A stretch of 64,000 bases of DNA from an uncultured archaeon (GCA_964555875.1 CAZKUD010000004.1:3580-67579); one strand, 5' to 3'; shown: positions 38,249 through 47,920, counted from the stretch's first letter. The notes: a model not told the origin generated them from the letters alone. Numbers and translations: made by a program.

Positions 38249-39240
38249 AGATAGTCATCTGCGGCAGCATGAAGCTGGCCAAGGAGATGAACGAGGCCAG
38301 GAGGAAGCTGGAGGGGATGGGGCACGAGGCCATTTGCCCGCCTGACACAGACCATTGCGTGGCCAACCCTGACCTGAACGAGGAAGTCGAATACTGCATA
38401 GAGCATGATGTCATAAGGGAGCATTTCAGGCTAATAGCAGACGCTGACGCAGTGCTCACCCTCAACCACACGAGGAAGGGCATACCCGGGTATGTGGGAA
38501 GCAACACCCTGATGGACATGGCCATAGCATACCACCTGAAGAAGAGGATATTCCTTCTTTACCCCATACCTGACATGGACTGCGCGACAGAGCTCAGGAT
38601 AATGCAGCCCACCGTACTTGACGGCGACATGTCCAGGATACCGTTCGCCAGGTCCAGGGTGGTGCTGGCATCCAAGTCTCCCAGGAGGATGCAGCTGCTT
38701 GAGCAGCTCGGGGTCGACTTCGAGATAGTCGCGAGCAAAGCAGACGAGAGCAGCATACAGGATGACGACCCCACGGAGATGGTCAAGAAGCTGGCGGAGC
38801 TGAAGGCAAGGACCGTGGCGGAGAAGGTCGGCAAGGGGCCGGTCATAGTGTCAGGCGACAGCCTCACCTTCATGGACGGGAAGCCGATAGGAAAGCCCAA
38901 GGCCGCAACAGGGGACGAGGCGAGGGAAAGGGCCAGGGAGATGCTGAGGACGTTCTCAGGCAGGTCCCATGACGTCTATTCAGGCCTGTGCGTGCTCAAC
39001 ACGGAGACGGGAAAGATGCTGACGGACGCTGTCAGGACTGTCGTGACCTTCAGGGAACTGACCGAGAAGGACATAGAGGAGTGCGTGAAGGAGAAGAGGA
39101 TATACGGGGGCGCAGGCGCCTATGTGCCTGAGACATGGCCCAGGTGCTTCCAGGGGCTGGAAGGCTCGCACACCAATGTGCTGGGGACACCCACAGAGAG
39201 GCTGATACCCATGCTCAGGGAAGCGGGGGTGGAGATATGA
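38245..39240 (+). CDS. fusion of a nucleoside-2-deoxyribosyltransferase-like domain and a Maf nucleotide pyrophosphatase
   Basis: N-terminal KIVICGSM...DADAVLTLN..GYVGSNT; C-terminal VLASKSPRR, SGDS, GKPK, SGRSH.V.SG, NVLGTP. Confidence 0.85.
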   Translation: MKIVICGSMKLAKEMNEARRKLEGMGHEAICPPDTDHCVANPDLNEEVEYCIEHDVIREHFRLIADADAVLTLNHTRKGIPGYVGSNTLMDMAIAYHLKKRIFLLYPIPDMDCATELRIMQPTVLDGDMSRIPFARSRVVLASKSPRRMQLLEQLGVDFEIVASKADESSIQDDDPTEMVKKLAELKARTVAEKVGKGPVIVSGDSLTFMDGKPIGKPKAATGDEARERAREMLRTFSGRSHDVYSGLCVLNTETGKMLTDAVRTVVTFRELTEKDIEECVKEKRIYGGAGAYVPETWPRCFQGLEGSHTNVLGTPTERLIPMLREAGVEI

Positions 39241-39806
39241 GGTCCATAGCCATATACCTCTCAGGGAGCATAAGGAAGGGCGAGAAGGACAGCAACAAGA
39301 TCTGCTGGGAGAAGGAGGACAAGGACTTCATAAGGAACGAGCTCGAGGGCTGGGAAGTCATGCTGCTGGACCCCCAATCAAGGGGAGACGACCTGTCTGA
39401 CCATATTTCAGTCTTCGGAAGGGACATGACCCAGGTTGCCAACTGCGACTTCGTGCTCGTGGACGGGAGGCAGAAGAGAGGCGTCGGCGTGGGCATGGAG
39501 ATGCTGATGGCCAAGATGAGGGGCATACCCGTGGTATCGGTAATACCCAAGAACAGCCATTACCACAGGGACAAGGTCGATTACCTGGGACAGACGGTCA
39601 GGAACTTCACGCACCCGGCCTTCTATGCCATTTCGGACCACATAGCTGAAGACCTGGCAAGCGCCATGGCATGGGTGAAGGAGCAGCTGATGGACCCCAG
39701 GCCGGTCAAGGGCCTCCATGTGGTGGAGGACGCGATGAAGCGCTACAGGGAGACCCAACTGGAGAAAGACAAGAAAATGAAAGAATTTCTATCAGGGAGG
39801 CAATAA
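39237..39806 (+). CDS. nucleoside 2-deoxyribosyltransferase-like protein
   Basis: IYLSGSI, RD...V.NCD.VLV, GVG.GME motif with catalytic-type Glu; ATGA coupling. Confidence 0.7.
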   Translation: MRSIAIYLSGSIRKGEKDSNKICWEKEDKDFIRNELEGWEVMLLDPQSRGDDLSDHISVFGRDMTQVANCDFVLVDGRQKRGVGVGMEMLMAKMRGIPVVSVIPKNSHYHRDKVDYLGQTVRNFTHPAFYAISDHIAEDLASAMAWVKEQLMDPRPVKGLHVVEDAMKRYRETQLEKDKKMKEFLSGRQ

Positions 39807-39812
39807 TATACT

Positions 39813-40088
39813 ATGTATCTGCTGGTTGGCGTCCTGGGCGCAGTCCTGATCCTCCTGTCGTGGGTGTTCGAGACTATAGAAGGGGTGAAGGAGCACAGGA
39901 GCCTCATGGACATCAGGTTCGCCGCCATATACATGCCAGGCGTGGTCCTCCTCGTGGCGTACAGCTGGTACATAGGGGACGCAGTCTTCTTGTGGCTGAA
40001 CGCCGCCATAGCTGTTTTCGTGGCAGCTGAGCTGCTCTATTCCATACACGTGAAGAAGGTCCATAGAGGCAGGAAGCGCAAGAAGTAG
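39813..40088 (+). CDS. small 3-TM protein (SemiSWEET/PQ-loop-like)
   Basis: Three hydrophobic helices, Y....GD.VF..LN pattern. Confidence 0.6.
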   Translation: MYLLVGVLGAVLILLSWVFETIEGVKEHRSLMDIRFAAIYMPGVVLLVAYSWYIGDAVFLWLNAAIAVFVAAELLYSIHVKKVHRGRKRKK

Positions 40089-40163
40089 TCAATCGACGTA
40101 GCCTGTTTGTGCATTTATAAATGTTTCTTCCCATACTATAGAATTCATAAGCGAGGGTCAACT

Positions 40164-40346
40164 ATGCCTAAACCGGAGATTGATTTCGAGAAGTGCCAGC
40201 ATTGCGGAGTCTGCGTTGACGTCTGCCCCCTTCAGTGCTTCGGGAAGAAGAAGGACAAGGTCGAGATAACGAAGCCGAACGAATGCATAGGGTGCAGGTC
40301 ATGCGAGGTGCAGTGCCCGCAGGCTGCTATAACGGTGAAAGACTGA
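40164..40346 (+). CDS. 2[4Fe-4S] ferredoxin
   Basis: CQHCGVCVDVCP and CIGCRSCEVQCP. Confidence 0.93.
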   Translation: MPKPEIDFEKCQHCGVCVDVCPLQCFGKKKDKVEITKPNECIGCRSCEVQCPQAAITVKD

Positions 40347-40347
40347 C

Positions 40348-40566
40348 ATGGCCAATAAAATCACCAAGGACATGACGATTGGGGAAATAGTCAAGGACCA
40401 CCCTGAGGCAGCCCAGGTGCTGATGGAGCACGGGTTCCACTGCCTGGGGTGCGCCATGGCCTCAATGGAGACCCTGGAGCAGGGCGCCAAGGCCCACGGC
40501 CTGGACGACAAGCAGGTCGGAGAGCTTGTAAAAAAACTGAATTCTAAGTCTGGGTTGAAGAAGTAA
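40348..40566 (+). CDS. DUF1858 domain protein
   Basis: ITKDMTIGEIV..HP, GFHCLGC, ETLEQGA..HG. Confidence 0.88.
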   Translation: MANKITKDMTIGEIVKDHPEAAQVLMEHGFHCLGCAMASMETLEQGAKAHGLDDKQVGELVKKLNSKSGLKK

Positions 40567-40613
40567 ACCGATACCATACAAACCCTTAAATACTTTTCCT
40601 TACAATAAGTAAG

Positions 40614-41027
40614 ATGGCTACTGCAACGGCGGACAGGGAAACATCGCACGGACTGGTGGTTGAAACAGTCAGAAAGGAATACCAGGAAGGCCCCATGGAT
40701 TTTGACATAGACCTAGACTGCAGCATAGAAGAGGCCAGGGACGGCGTAAGGAAGGTTGCCGTCCAGAACCCGAAGGGCCACAGGGTCAACGAGTTCGTGG
40801 TCGAGAGCGTGAAGGAAATCGTTTACGGCACGCCCGGGGCCACCAAATATGCCATCGATTTCGTCCTGGGGGAGGATATCGGCCATGTTGACCCGGCATA
40901 CCTTTTCAACAGGTTCAGGGCCGCAGCCAGGGGCGGAGAGCTTCCAGAAGGGATGTACCTGGACGGCATGAGGCTGGCGGTCGCCAAAGGAGAGGACCTG
41001 TTCTCGCTAGTTCTCAAGTACAGGTGA
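40614..41027 (+). CDS. hypothetical protein
   Basis: 137 aa ORF with TATA-like CTTAAATA upstream. Confidence 0.6.
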   Translation: MATATADRETSHGLVVETVRKEYQEGPMDFDIDLDCSIEEARDGVRKVAVQNPKGHRVNEFVVESVKEIVYGTPGATKYAIDFVLGEDIGHVDPAYLFNRFRAAARGGELPEGMYLDGMRLAVAKGEDLFSLVLKYR

Positions 41028-41086
41028 GGGCTTCTTGCAACATGTTGGGAAAAGCTTTATATACCAGACTTAACAATCGTTAAACC

Positions 41087-41443
41087 ATGGCCATAAAGTC
41101 CCCCCAAGAGATAGAGGTCTGGTACGTCATCCCCGCCATAAGGCGCGAGATGGTGCTGGAGTTCAGGAAGAGGAAGGTCAGCCAGAAGGCGGCGGCAGGG
41201 CTGCTGGGCCTGACAGAGGCAGCGGTCTCCCAGTACATGAAAGGCAAGAGGGGGACCGACGTCAGTTTCAGCCCTGTAATGAAGGCTGAGATAAGGAAGT
41301 CGGTAGACGCCATACAGGAAGGAGCCAGCGTGATGGAGGAGATACACAAAATGACCGTCCTGTGCAAGAAGAACGGCGTCCTCTGTAGGCTTCACAGGAA
41401 GATGGGGAATGTCCCCAAGGAGTGCACAATATGCCTGGGATGA
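41087..41443 (+). CDS. HTH transcriptional regulator with C-terminal Cys/His cluster
   Basis: PQE.EV.Y.IPAIR, SQ..AA.LLGLTEAAVSQY..GKRG, C..H...C..C; coupled to iscS. Confidence 0.8.
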   Translation: MAIKSPQEIEVWYVIPAIRREMVLEFRKRKVSQKAAAGLLGLTEAAVSQYMKGKRGTDVSFSPVMKAEIRKSVDAIQEGASVMEEIHKMTVLCKKNGVLCRLHRKMGNVPKECTICLG

Positions 41444-42594
41444 TATACCTGGACAATGCAGCCACCACACCGGTGGCTGGAGAGGTGCTGGAGGCAATGG
41501 TGCCATATTTCAGCGAGAAGTACGGGAACCCCTCCAGCCTTCACACGCCTGGACAGGATGCCAGGAAGGCGATGGAGGAGGCAAGGGAGCAGGCGGCAAG
41601 GGTGATAAATGCCGACCCCGATGAGATGATATTCACTTCAGGCGGCACAGAGGCCGACAACCTGGCGATAAAGGGCGCTGTTTTTAATTCATGCGGCTCT
41701 GAGGAGAGTCCGCACATAATAACCTCCAGGATAGAGCACCCGGCAGTGCTTGAGGTATGCAAGTGCCTGGAAGAGATGGGCATGGATGTCACTTACCTGA
41801 AGGTGGACAAGGACGGCATGGTAGACCCCGAGGACGTGGAGAAGGCCATAAGGAAGGGAACCGTCCTTGTTTCAATCATGCATGCCAATAATGAGATAGG
41901 CACGATAGAGCCTATAGGGGAGATAGCCAGGGTCTGCAAGAGGCACGGGGTGCTCTTCCACACTGACGCTGTGCAGACTTTCGGCAAGGTGCCCATAGAC
42001 GTAAGGAAGATGGGCATAGACCTTCTTTCAGCCAGCAGCCACAAGGTACACGGCCCCAAGGGGGTAGGATGCCTCTATGTCAGGAGGGGGGTGAAGCTGC
42101 ACACCATGCTGCAGGGAGGCGGCCATGAGAGGGGCATGCGCTCCGGCACAGAGAACGTGGCGGGCATAGTGGGCTTCGGAAAGGCATGCGAACTCAGCAG
42201 GAAGACGATGAAGAAGGAATCTGCAAGGCAGAAGGCGCTGAGGGACAGGCTCATATCAGGTGTCATGGGCATACCTGGAACCAGGCTGAATGGGCATCCC
42301 GGCAAGAGGCTCCCAGGGAACGCGAACTTCGGCTTCGGTTCCATAGAGGGGGAGAGCCTGGTGCTGAGGCTGGATGCCAGGGGCATAGCGGCAAGCACGG
42401 GTTCTGCCTGCTCGACGGGCAAGCTTGAGCCGAGCCACGTGCTCACTGCGATAGGGCTGAAGCCAGAGGAGAGCCACGGAAGCCTGAGGCTGACCCTAGG
42501 GAGGCAGACCACCAAGGATGACATAGATTACACTATCAGGGCCGTGAAGGAGGAGACATGGGAGCTCAGGAAGATGAGCCCGATAAGGGAATGA
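41440..42594 (+). CDS. iscS: cysteine desulfurase
   Basis: IYLDNAATT, FTSGGTE, HTDAVQ, SSHK.HGPKG, STGSAC. Confidence 0.95.
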   Translation: MIYLDNAATTPVAGEVLEAMVPYFSEKYGNPSSLHTPGQDARKAMEEAREQAARVINADPDEMIFTSGGTEADNLAIKGAVFNSCGSEESPHIITSRIEHPAVLEVCKCLEEMGMDVTYLKVDKDGMVDPEDVEKAIRKGTVLVSIMHANNEIGTIEPIGEIARVCKRHGVLFHTDAVQTFGKVPIDVRKMGIDLLSASSHKVHGPKGVGCLYVRRGVKLHTMLQGGGHERGMRSGTENVAGIVGFGKACELSRKTMKKESARQKALRDRLISGVMGIPGTRLNGHPGKRLPGNANFGFGSIEGESLVLRLDARGIAASTGSACSTGKLEPSHVLTAIGLKPEESHGSLRLTLGRQTTKDDIDYTIRAVKEETWELRKMSPIRE

Positions 42595-42596
42595 TT

Positions 42597-43034
42597 ATGG
42601 CACAGTATTCAGACACCGTGATGGAGCACTTCAAGAACCCCCACAACGTGGGGGAGATAAAGGACGCCGACGGAATCGGGAAGATAGGCAACAGGAGGTG
42701 CGGCGACGTGATGTGGCTTTACATAAGGGTGGAAGGCGGCAGGATAGCAGACATAAGGTTCAAGACCATGGGGTGCGCGGCTGCCATAGCGACAAGCAGC
42801 ATGCTGACCGACATGGCGAAAGGCAAGACCCTGGAGGAGGCCCTGAAGATAACCAGCAAGGGCCTGGCCGAGGAGCTGGGCGGCCTCCCCCCGGTGAAGC
42901 TGCACTGCTCCATCCTGGCAGCCGATGCGCTCGCAGAGGCTGTGTACGACTATTACATGAGGTGCGGGAAGCCTGTCCCAAAAGGCCTGCAGGAGAGGCG
43001 CGATTCACTGAAGAAGAGGGAGGGGCACCAATAA
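42597..43034 (+). CDS. iscU: Fe-S cluster scaffold protein
   Basis: HF.NP.N.G, CGD, GC, LPPVKLHCS. Confidence 0.93.
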   Translation: MAQYSDTVMEHFKNPHNVGEIKDADGIGKIGNRRCGDVMWLYIRVEGGRIADIRFKTMGCAAAIATSSMLTDMAKGKTLEEALKITSKGLAEELGGLPPVKLHCSILAADALAEAVYDYYMRCGKPVPKGLQERRDSLKKREGHQ

Positions 43035-43058
43035 ATATCTGACAGCCATATTTTTACT

Positions 43059-44180
43059 ATGATTGACCATGACGACTTCGGGCCGGAGAAGGTCATAACA
43101 ATATTCAACCCCAAGGTGGACCTGCATGCAGTGACGGTCGTGGACAACACTGCCCTGGGGCCCGGCAAGGGCGGCATCAGGATGACCCCAACCGTCAGCG
43201 TGGAGGAGGTCATGAGGCTGGCCAGGGCAATGACCTGGAAGTGCGCCATGGCAGAGCTTCCGTTCGGAGGGGGCAAGTCAGGCATAATAGCCAACCCGAA
43301 GGAATTCTCCGGGGAGAAGAAGAGGGAGCTGGTGGAGGCATTCGGAGAGGCCCTGAAGGAGGTTTCACCGGCCATATACGTGGCAGCGCCGGACATCAAC
43401 ATGGCAGAGGACGAGATGAAATGGTTCTCTGAAGCGAACGGGAACCCCAAGTCCTGCACAGGCAAACCCAGGGAGATGGGCGGCCTCCCGCACGAGCTGG
43501 GTTCCACAGGGTTCGGGGTGTTCCACGCAGCCAAGGTCGGCGCCGAGTTCCTGGGAATGAAGCTTAAGAACGTCAGGTTCGCCGTGGAGGGCTTCGGCAA
43601 CGTGGGCTGGTTCGCCGCCAAGTTCATGACCGAGAAGGGCGCCAAGATGGTCGCGGTGTCCGATTCCAAGGGATGCGTATACAACCCGGAAGGCATCGAT
43701 TTCAAGAAGCTGGCGGAGGTCAAGAAGGACACCAGGTCCGTCGTTAATTACAGGCCCGGGAACGTCCTGCCCAACAAGGAGATACTGGGGCTTCCCGTAG
43801 ACGTTCTGATAACCGCAGCCGTGCCTGACCTGATTCTCATGTCTGACGCTGAGGACATCAAAGCCAGGCTGATAGTGGAGGGCAGCAACATACCCGCCAA
43901 GAAAGAGGTGGAGGACGAGCTCTTCAAGAAGGGCATAACAGTCGTACCGGATTTCGTGGCCAGCGCAGGCGGCGTGATATCCTCCTACGTGGAATACAAG
44001 GGCGGGGAAGAGAAGGAGATGTGGGAGATGATAGAGTCCAAGGTCAAGAGGAACACCCAGATAATGCTGCAGTCAGCCAAGGAGAAGGGCATCAGCCCGA
44101 GGGACGCTGCCCTGGAGATAGCCAAGGATAGGGTTCTCAAGAAATGCAAGACATGCTACGTCCCCGAAGACGGCCAGTAG
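43059..44180 (+). CDS. Glu/Leu/Phe/Val dehydrogenase (glutamate dehydrogenase-like)
   Basis: GPGKGGIR, MTWK, GGGKSG, APD, GFGNVG, PDF.A.AGGV..SY.E. Confidence 0.9.
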   Translation: MIDHDDFGPEKVITIFNPKVDLHAVTVVDNTALGPGKGGIRMTPTVSVEEVMRLARAMTWKCAMAELPFGGGKSGIIANPKEFSGEKKRELVEAFGEALKEVSPAIYVAAPDINMAEDEMKWFSEANGNPKSCTGKPREMGGLPHELGSTGFGVFHAAKVGAEFLGMKLKNVRFAVEGFGNVGWFAAKFMTEKGAKMVAVSDSKGCVYNPEGIDFKKLAEVKKDTRSVVNYRPGNVLPNKEILGLPVDVLITAAVPDLILMSDAEDIKARLIVEGSNIPAKKEVEDELFKKGITVVPDFVASAGGVISSYVEYKGGEEKEMWEMIESKVKRNTQIMLQSAKEKGISPRDAALEIAKDRVLKKCKTCYVPEDGQ

Positions 44181-44212
44181 GCTAATTTTATTACGCGCCC
44201 CAAATATTAAGC

Positions 44213-46927
44213 ATGGGCGCCAATCTCCCACCCAATGCACTTGCCCTGCTGAAGCAGAGGTACCTCCTGAAGGATGACAGGGGAAGGGTCAGGGAGACGC
44301 CTGAGCAGATGTTCAGGAGGGTCGCAAGGGCTGTCGCCAAGGCCGAGGGCAGGAACGCGGGGAGGTTCGGGAAGGAATTCTTCGGCATGATGAGCAGGCT
44401 GGAGTTCCTGCCAAACAGCCCGACCATGTTCAATGCGGGCACCAAGCTGGGCCAGTTGTCGGCATGCTTCGTGCTGCCCATAAACGATTCGCTGGTCAGC
44501 ATATTCGACGCGGTCAAGCACACTGCACTGATAGAGCAGAGCGGGGGCGGGGTCGGCCTGTCCTTCTCGAGGATCAGGCCGAAGGGCTCAATGGTGAAAT
44601 CTTCCAGGGGCCAGGCCAGCGGGCCTGTCTCGTTCATGAGGGTGTTCGACACTGTCACAGGCGTGATAAACGCGGGCGGCAAGAGGAGGGGCGCCATGAT
44701 GGGCGTCCTGGACGTGGGCCATCCCGACATAATGGATTTCATAACATCCAAGGAAGGCTATGACGTGCTCAGCAATTTCAACATATCGGTGGCGGTCACA
44801 GATTCCTTCATGGAAGGCGTCAGGAAAGGGAACAGGAAGGTATGGGACGCCATAGTGGAGGGCGCATGGAAGGGCGGGGACCCCGGGCTGCTTTTCATGG
44901 ACGAGATAAATAGGGGGAACCCGACCAGGAAGCTGGGAAAGGTGGAGACCACCAACCCCTGCGTTCCTTCCCATACATGGATAATGACAGGCGGCGGGCC
45001 GAGGCTGGTGGACGATATTATAAACAACAGTGTTGGCATAGGCGTCAATGGCTGCTCCTACCAGACCGCAGGTTTCTTCAGGACGGGGAGGAAAGAGGTG
45101 TTTAAGATTACAACCAAAGAGGGCCTGGAGGTGGAGGCAACTGCAAGCCATCCCTTCCTAAAGGCCGAAAAGATAACCAGATACAAGACGTATCCCAAAT
45201 GGACGGCTCTTGGCGAGCTGAAGCGCGGGGACAGGCTCGTTTTGAGCGAGCATAATGGAAATAGATGGGACGGGGATTTGTCCAAGGATGATGGTTACCT
45301 CTTGGGCCTGCTCTTTGGCGACGGCACCATGACAAAGAGGAATGCCATACTCTACTCCTGGTCAACAAGCAAGGGGGACGAAGGCGTAAGGAAGGCTGTC
45401 ATGGATATAGCCAAAAAGATAAGGCACAGAAGGGACTTCATAGGATGGTGTTACAACAAAAGAACTAAGAGGTATTCACTGAGCCTGGCATATATTGATG
45501 GTCTAATCCGGAGGCTGGGTGTAGGAAGAAAGATAATAAATGGCCCCATTGAAAGGGAATCTTATGATTTTTACGTTGGGTTCATAGGGGGCCTGTTTGA
45601 TGCCGATGGCTCTGTGCAGGGCGACCAGAGGAAGGGCGTTTCCATAAGGCTCTCCCAGAGCAATGTGCCAAACCTGAAAGCCGTACAGAGGATGCTATTA
45701 AGATTGGGAATAATGTCAAAATTATACCAAAACAGGAGGCCTGGGGGCTTAAAAAGACTGCCAGACGGGCGCGGTGGAAAAAAGGATTACAAAATAAAGG
45801 CCCAGCACGAGCTTGTCATATCAAACAGGGGTGTCCTTAAGTTCTTGAATTTGATAGGGTTCAGGAACATTAAAAAGAAGGAGAGGCTTGATGCCCTAGT
45901 TAAGGGCTACAGGAGAACTATTAACAAAGATATGTTTGTGGCCACAATAGAAAGCATCGTCCCCCTTGGGATTAAGGAGGTCTTTGACATTAATGTCCCG
46001 GTTGCGCATTGTTTTGACGCAAATGGATTCTTAGTTCACAATTGCGGGGAAGCCGTGCTGCATCCCTATGAGAGCTGCAACTTGGGCAGCATAAACCTCA
46101 CCAGGATGGTAAGCGGAGGGAAGGTGGACTGGGAAAGGCTCAGGAAGACTGCCAGGCTGGCGGTAAGGTTCCTGGACGACGTGATAGACGTCAACAGGTA
46201 CCCGATGCCCCAGATAGAGGCCATGACCAAGGCCAACAGGAGGATAGGCCTGGGGGTGATGGGCTTCGCGGACATGCTGATAATGCTGGGCATACCGTAT
46301 GACTCTGAAGAGGCCCTGAGGACGGCAGGGGAGCTCATGAGGTTCATAACCGAAGAGTCCCACAGGATGTCAGAGGAGCTGGCAAAGGAGAAGGGACCGT
46401 TCAGGAACATGGCCAAGAGCTCCTGGAAGAGGCCCATGAGGAACGCGACCACCACCACAATAGCGCCAACCGGCAGCATATCCATCATAGCCGGGGTGTC
46501 CTCAGGCATAGAGCCCCTCTTCGCTGTCAGCTACGTTAGGAGCGTCCTGGGGGGCAGGAAGATGGCAGAGACCAACCGGCTTTTCAGTGAGATGGCAAAG
46601 AGCAGGGGGTTCCACTCCAAGAAGCTCATGTCAGAGGTTGCCAGGAAGGGCACTGCCAGGGGCGTGAAGGGGATCCCGAAGGACGTCCAGAGGCTGTTCG
46701 CCACGGCCCTGGAGATAAGCCCGGAATGGCACGTAAGGATGCAGGCCGCCTTCCAGAAGCACACCGACAATGCTGTGTCTAAGACCGTCAACTTCCCGAA
46801 GGGCGCCAGCCGGTCAGACATAGACAGGGTCTTCATGCTGGCGCACAGGCTGAGGTGCAAGGGGATAACAGCATACAGGTACGGCTCCAGGAAGGAGCAG
46901 GTCCTGACATGCGGGGAGTGTGAGTGA
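44213..46927 (+). CDS. nrdJ: adenosylcobalamin-dependent (class II) ribonucleotide reductase, intein-containing
   Basis: FLPNSPT, QLSACF, GGGVG, RRGA.M, TNP|CGE, ESCNLGSINL, TIAPTG, SKTVN; C-terminal CGEC. Confidence 0.95.
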   Translation: MGANLPPNALALLKQRYLLKDDRGRVRETPEQMFRRVARAVAKAEGRNAGRFGKEFFGMMSRLEFLPNSPTMFNAGTKLGQLSACFVLPINDSLVSIFDAVKHTALIEQSGGGVGLSFSRIRPKGSMVKSSRGQASGPVSFMRVFDTVTGVINAGGKRRGAMMGVLDVGHPDIMDFITSKEGYDVLSNFNISVAVTDSFMEGVRKGNRKVWDAIVEGAWKGGDPGLLFMDEINRGNPTRKLGKVETTNPCVPSHTWIMTGGGPRLVDDIINNSVGIGVNGCSYQTAGFFRTGRKEVFKITTKEGLEVEATASHPFLKAEKITRYKTYPKWTALGELKRGDRLVLSEHNGNRWDGDLSKDDGYLLGLLFGDGTMTKRNAILYSWSTSKGDEGVRKAVMDIAKKIRHRRDFIGWCYNKRTKRYSLSLAYIDGLIRRLGVGRKIINGPIERESYDFYVGFIGGLFDADGSVQGDQRKGVSIRLSQSNVPNLKAVQRMLLRLGIMSKLYQNRRPGGLKRLPDGRGGKKDYKIKAQHELVISNRGVLKFLNLIGFRNIKKKERLDALVKGYRRTINKDMFVATIESIVPLGIKEVFDINVPVAHCFDANGFLVHNCGEAVLHPYESCNLGSINLTRMVSGGKVDWERLRKTARLAVRFLDDVIDVNRYPMPQIEAMTKANRRIGLGVMGFADMLIMLGIPYDSEEALRTAGELMRFITEESHRMSEELAKEKGPFRNMAKSSWKRPMRNATTTTIAPTGSISIIAGVSSGIEPLFAVSYVRSVLGGRKMAETNRLFSEMAKSRGFHSKKLMSEVARKGTARGVKGIPKDVQRLFATALEISPEWHVRMQAAFQKHTDNAVSKTVNFPKGASRSDIDRVFMLAHRLRCKGITAYRYGSRKEQVLTCGECE
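44960..46042 (+). mobile_element. intein with LAGLIDADG homing endonuclease (361 aa)
   Basis: Starts CVPSHT after TNP; block B TASHPF; LLGLLFGDG and FIGGLFDADG; ends GFLVHN followed by Cys; visibly lower GC. Confidence 0.95.
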
Positions 46928-47436
46928 TGGGAGACATATACCTATACACGGGCAAGGGGGCAGGCAAGACCACCAACGCCCTGGGGCTTGCCCTGAGGAT
47001 GGCAGGCCACAACAAGACCACGGTGATAATACAGTTCCTCAAGTGGTGGAAGAAGACAGGGGAATACAGGATGAGGAACCGGCTTAAAGGATACCACATC
47101 TACCAGTTCGGGAGGAGGGGCTGGAAAGGGCTGGAGAACCTGGGCCCCAAGGACAGGGAGCTGTGCGAGAGGGGTCTGGAGAAGGCCAGGAAGGAGATTA
47201 AGAGGAGGAGGCCCCACCTGCTGGTGCTGGACGAGCTGAACCTGGCGGTGCACTGCGGGATGCTCGACGTGAAAGAGGTCCTGGAATTCCTGGACTCTGT
47301 CCCGAAGAGGACGGACGTGGTGATAACCGGCAGGCATGCGCCCAAGGAACTGGTGAGAAGGGCGGAATACGTGAACGAGATAGTGATGGTCAAGATGCCC
47401 AAGAAGCCTGCCAGCAAGGCAGGCATACAGTATTAA
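46927..47436 (+). CDS. cobO: cob(I)alamin adenosyltransferase (CobO/BtuR)
   Basis: YTGKGAGKTT.ALG.ALR.AG, QFLK, LVLDE, VITGR; overlaps the nrdJ stop. Confidence 0.92.
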   Translation: MGDIYLYTGKGAGKTTNALGLALRMAGHNKTTVIIQFLKWWKKTGEYRMRNRLKGYHIYQFGRRGWKGLENLGPKDRELCERGLEKARKEIKRRRPHLLVLDELNLAVHCGMLDVKEVLEFLDSVPKRTDVVITGRHAPKELVRRAEYVNEIVMVKMPKKPASKAGIQY

Positions 47437-47819
47437 TCCTTCTTGACTAGGACTGCGCTTATGGCTCCGTGCTGGCCGGGCCTGCTTCTGACGCGAGCCT
47501 GGCCGGCCTCTGTCTTTATTATGGCCCCCTTCGTTAGGACATTCCTTCTCACATAATGCGGGTTGGCGTCGTTAGATGTGGTCGAGATTATCTTGGACTT
47601 TGTGACCTTGCCTGTCTTGGGGTCGGAAACATTGGCCACGTCTATGGACTTGAGCTTCACTTTGGCTCCCCCGCCGCGCACCCTCTTGTGCCTGACGTTC
47701 CTTTCATCTATCCTGGTCTCAAGGAACCTGGTGCCCTTGTCCATCCTTCTCTTCTTCCTGAGCCTGCTCAGCTTCTTGCCGGTCTTCGTCCTTTTGGAGC
47801 GCAGATGCCATGTCGTCAT
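47433..47819 (-). CDS. rps8e: 30S ribosomal protein eS8
   Basis: RVRGG, NPHYVRRN.LTKGAII, SRPGQHG. Confidence 0.95.
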   Translation of the reverse strand: MTTWHLRSKRTKTGKKLSRLRKKRRMDKGTRFLETRIDERNVRHKRVRGGGAKVKLKSIDVANVSDPKTGKVTKSKIISTTSNDANPHYVRRNVLTKGAIIKTEAGQARVRSRPGQHGAISAVLVKKD

Positions 47820-47920
47820 AGTATCACATAGTACTTGCTTATTTAAATGGTTTTATTCGTCTCCGGATTTTTAAAGCTTCCCGGAATCAAGCTTATATAC
47901 ATTCAACTCTTTAATAAACC

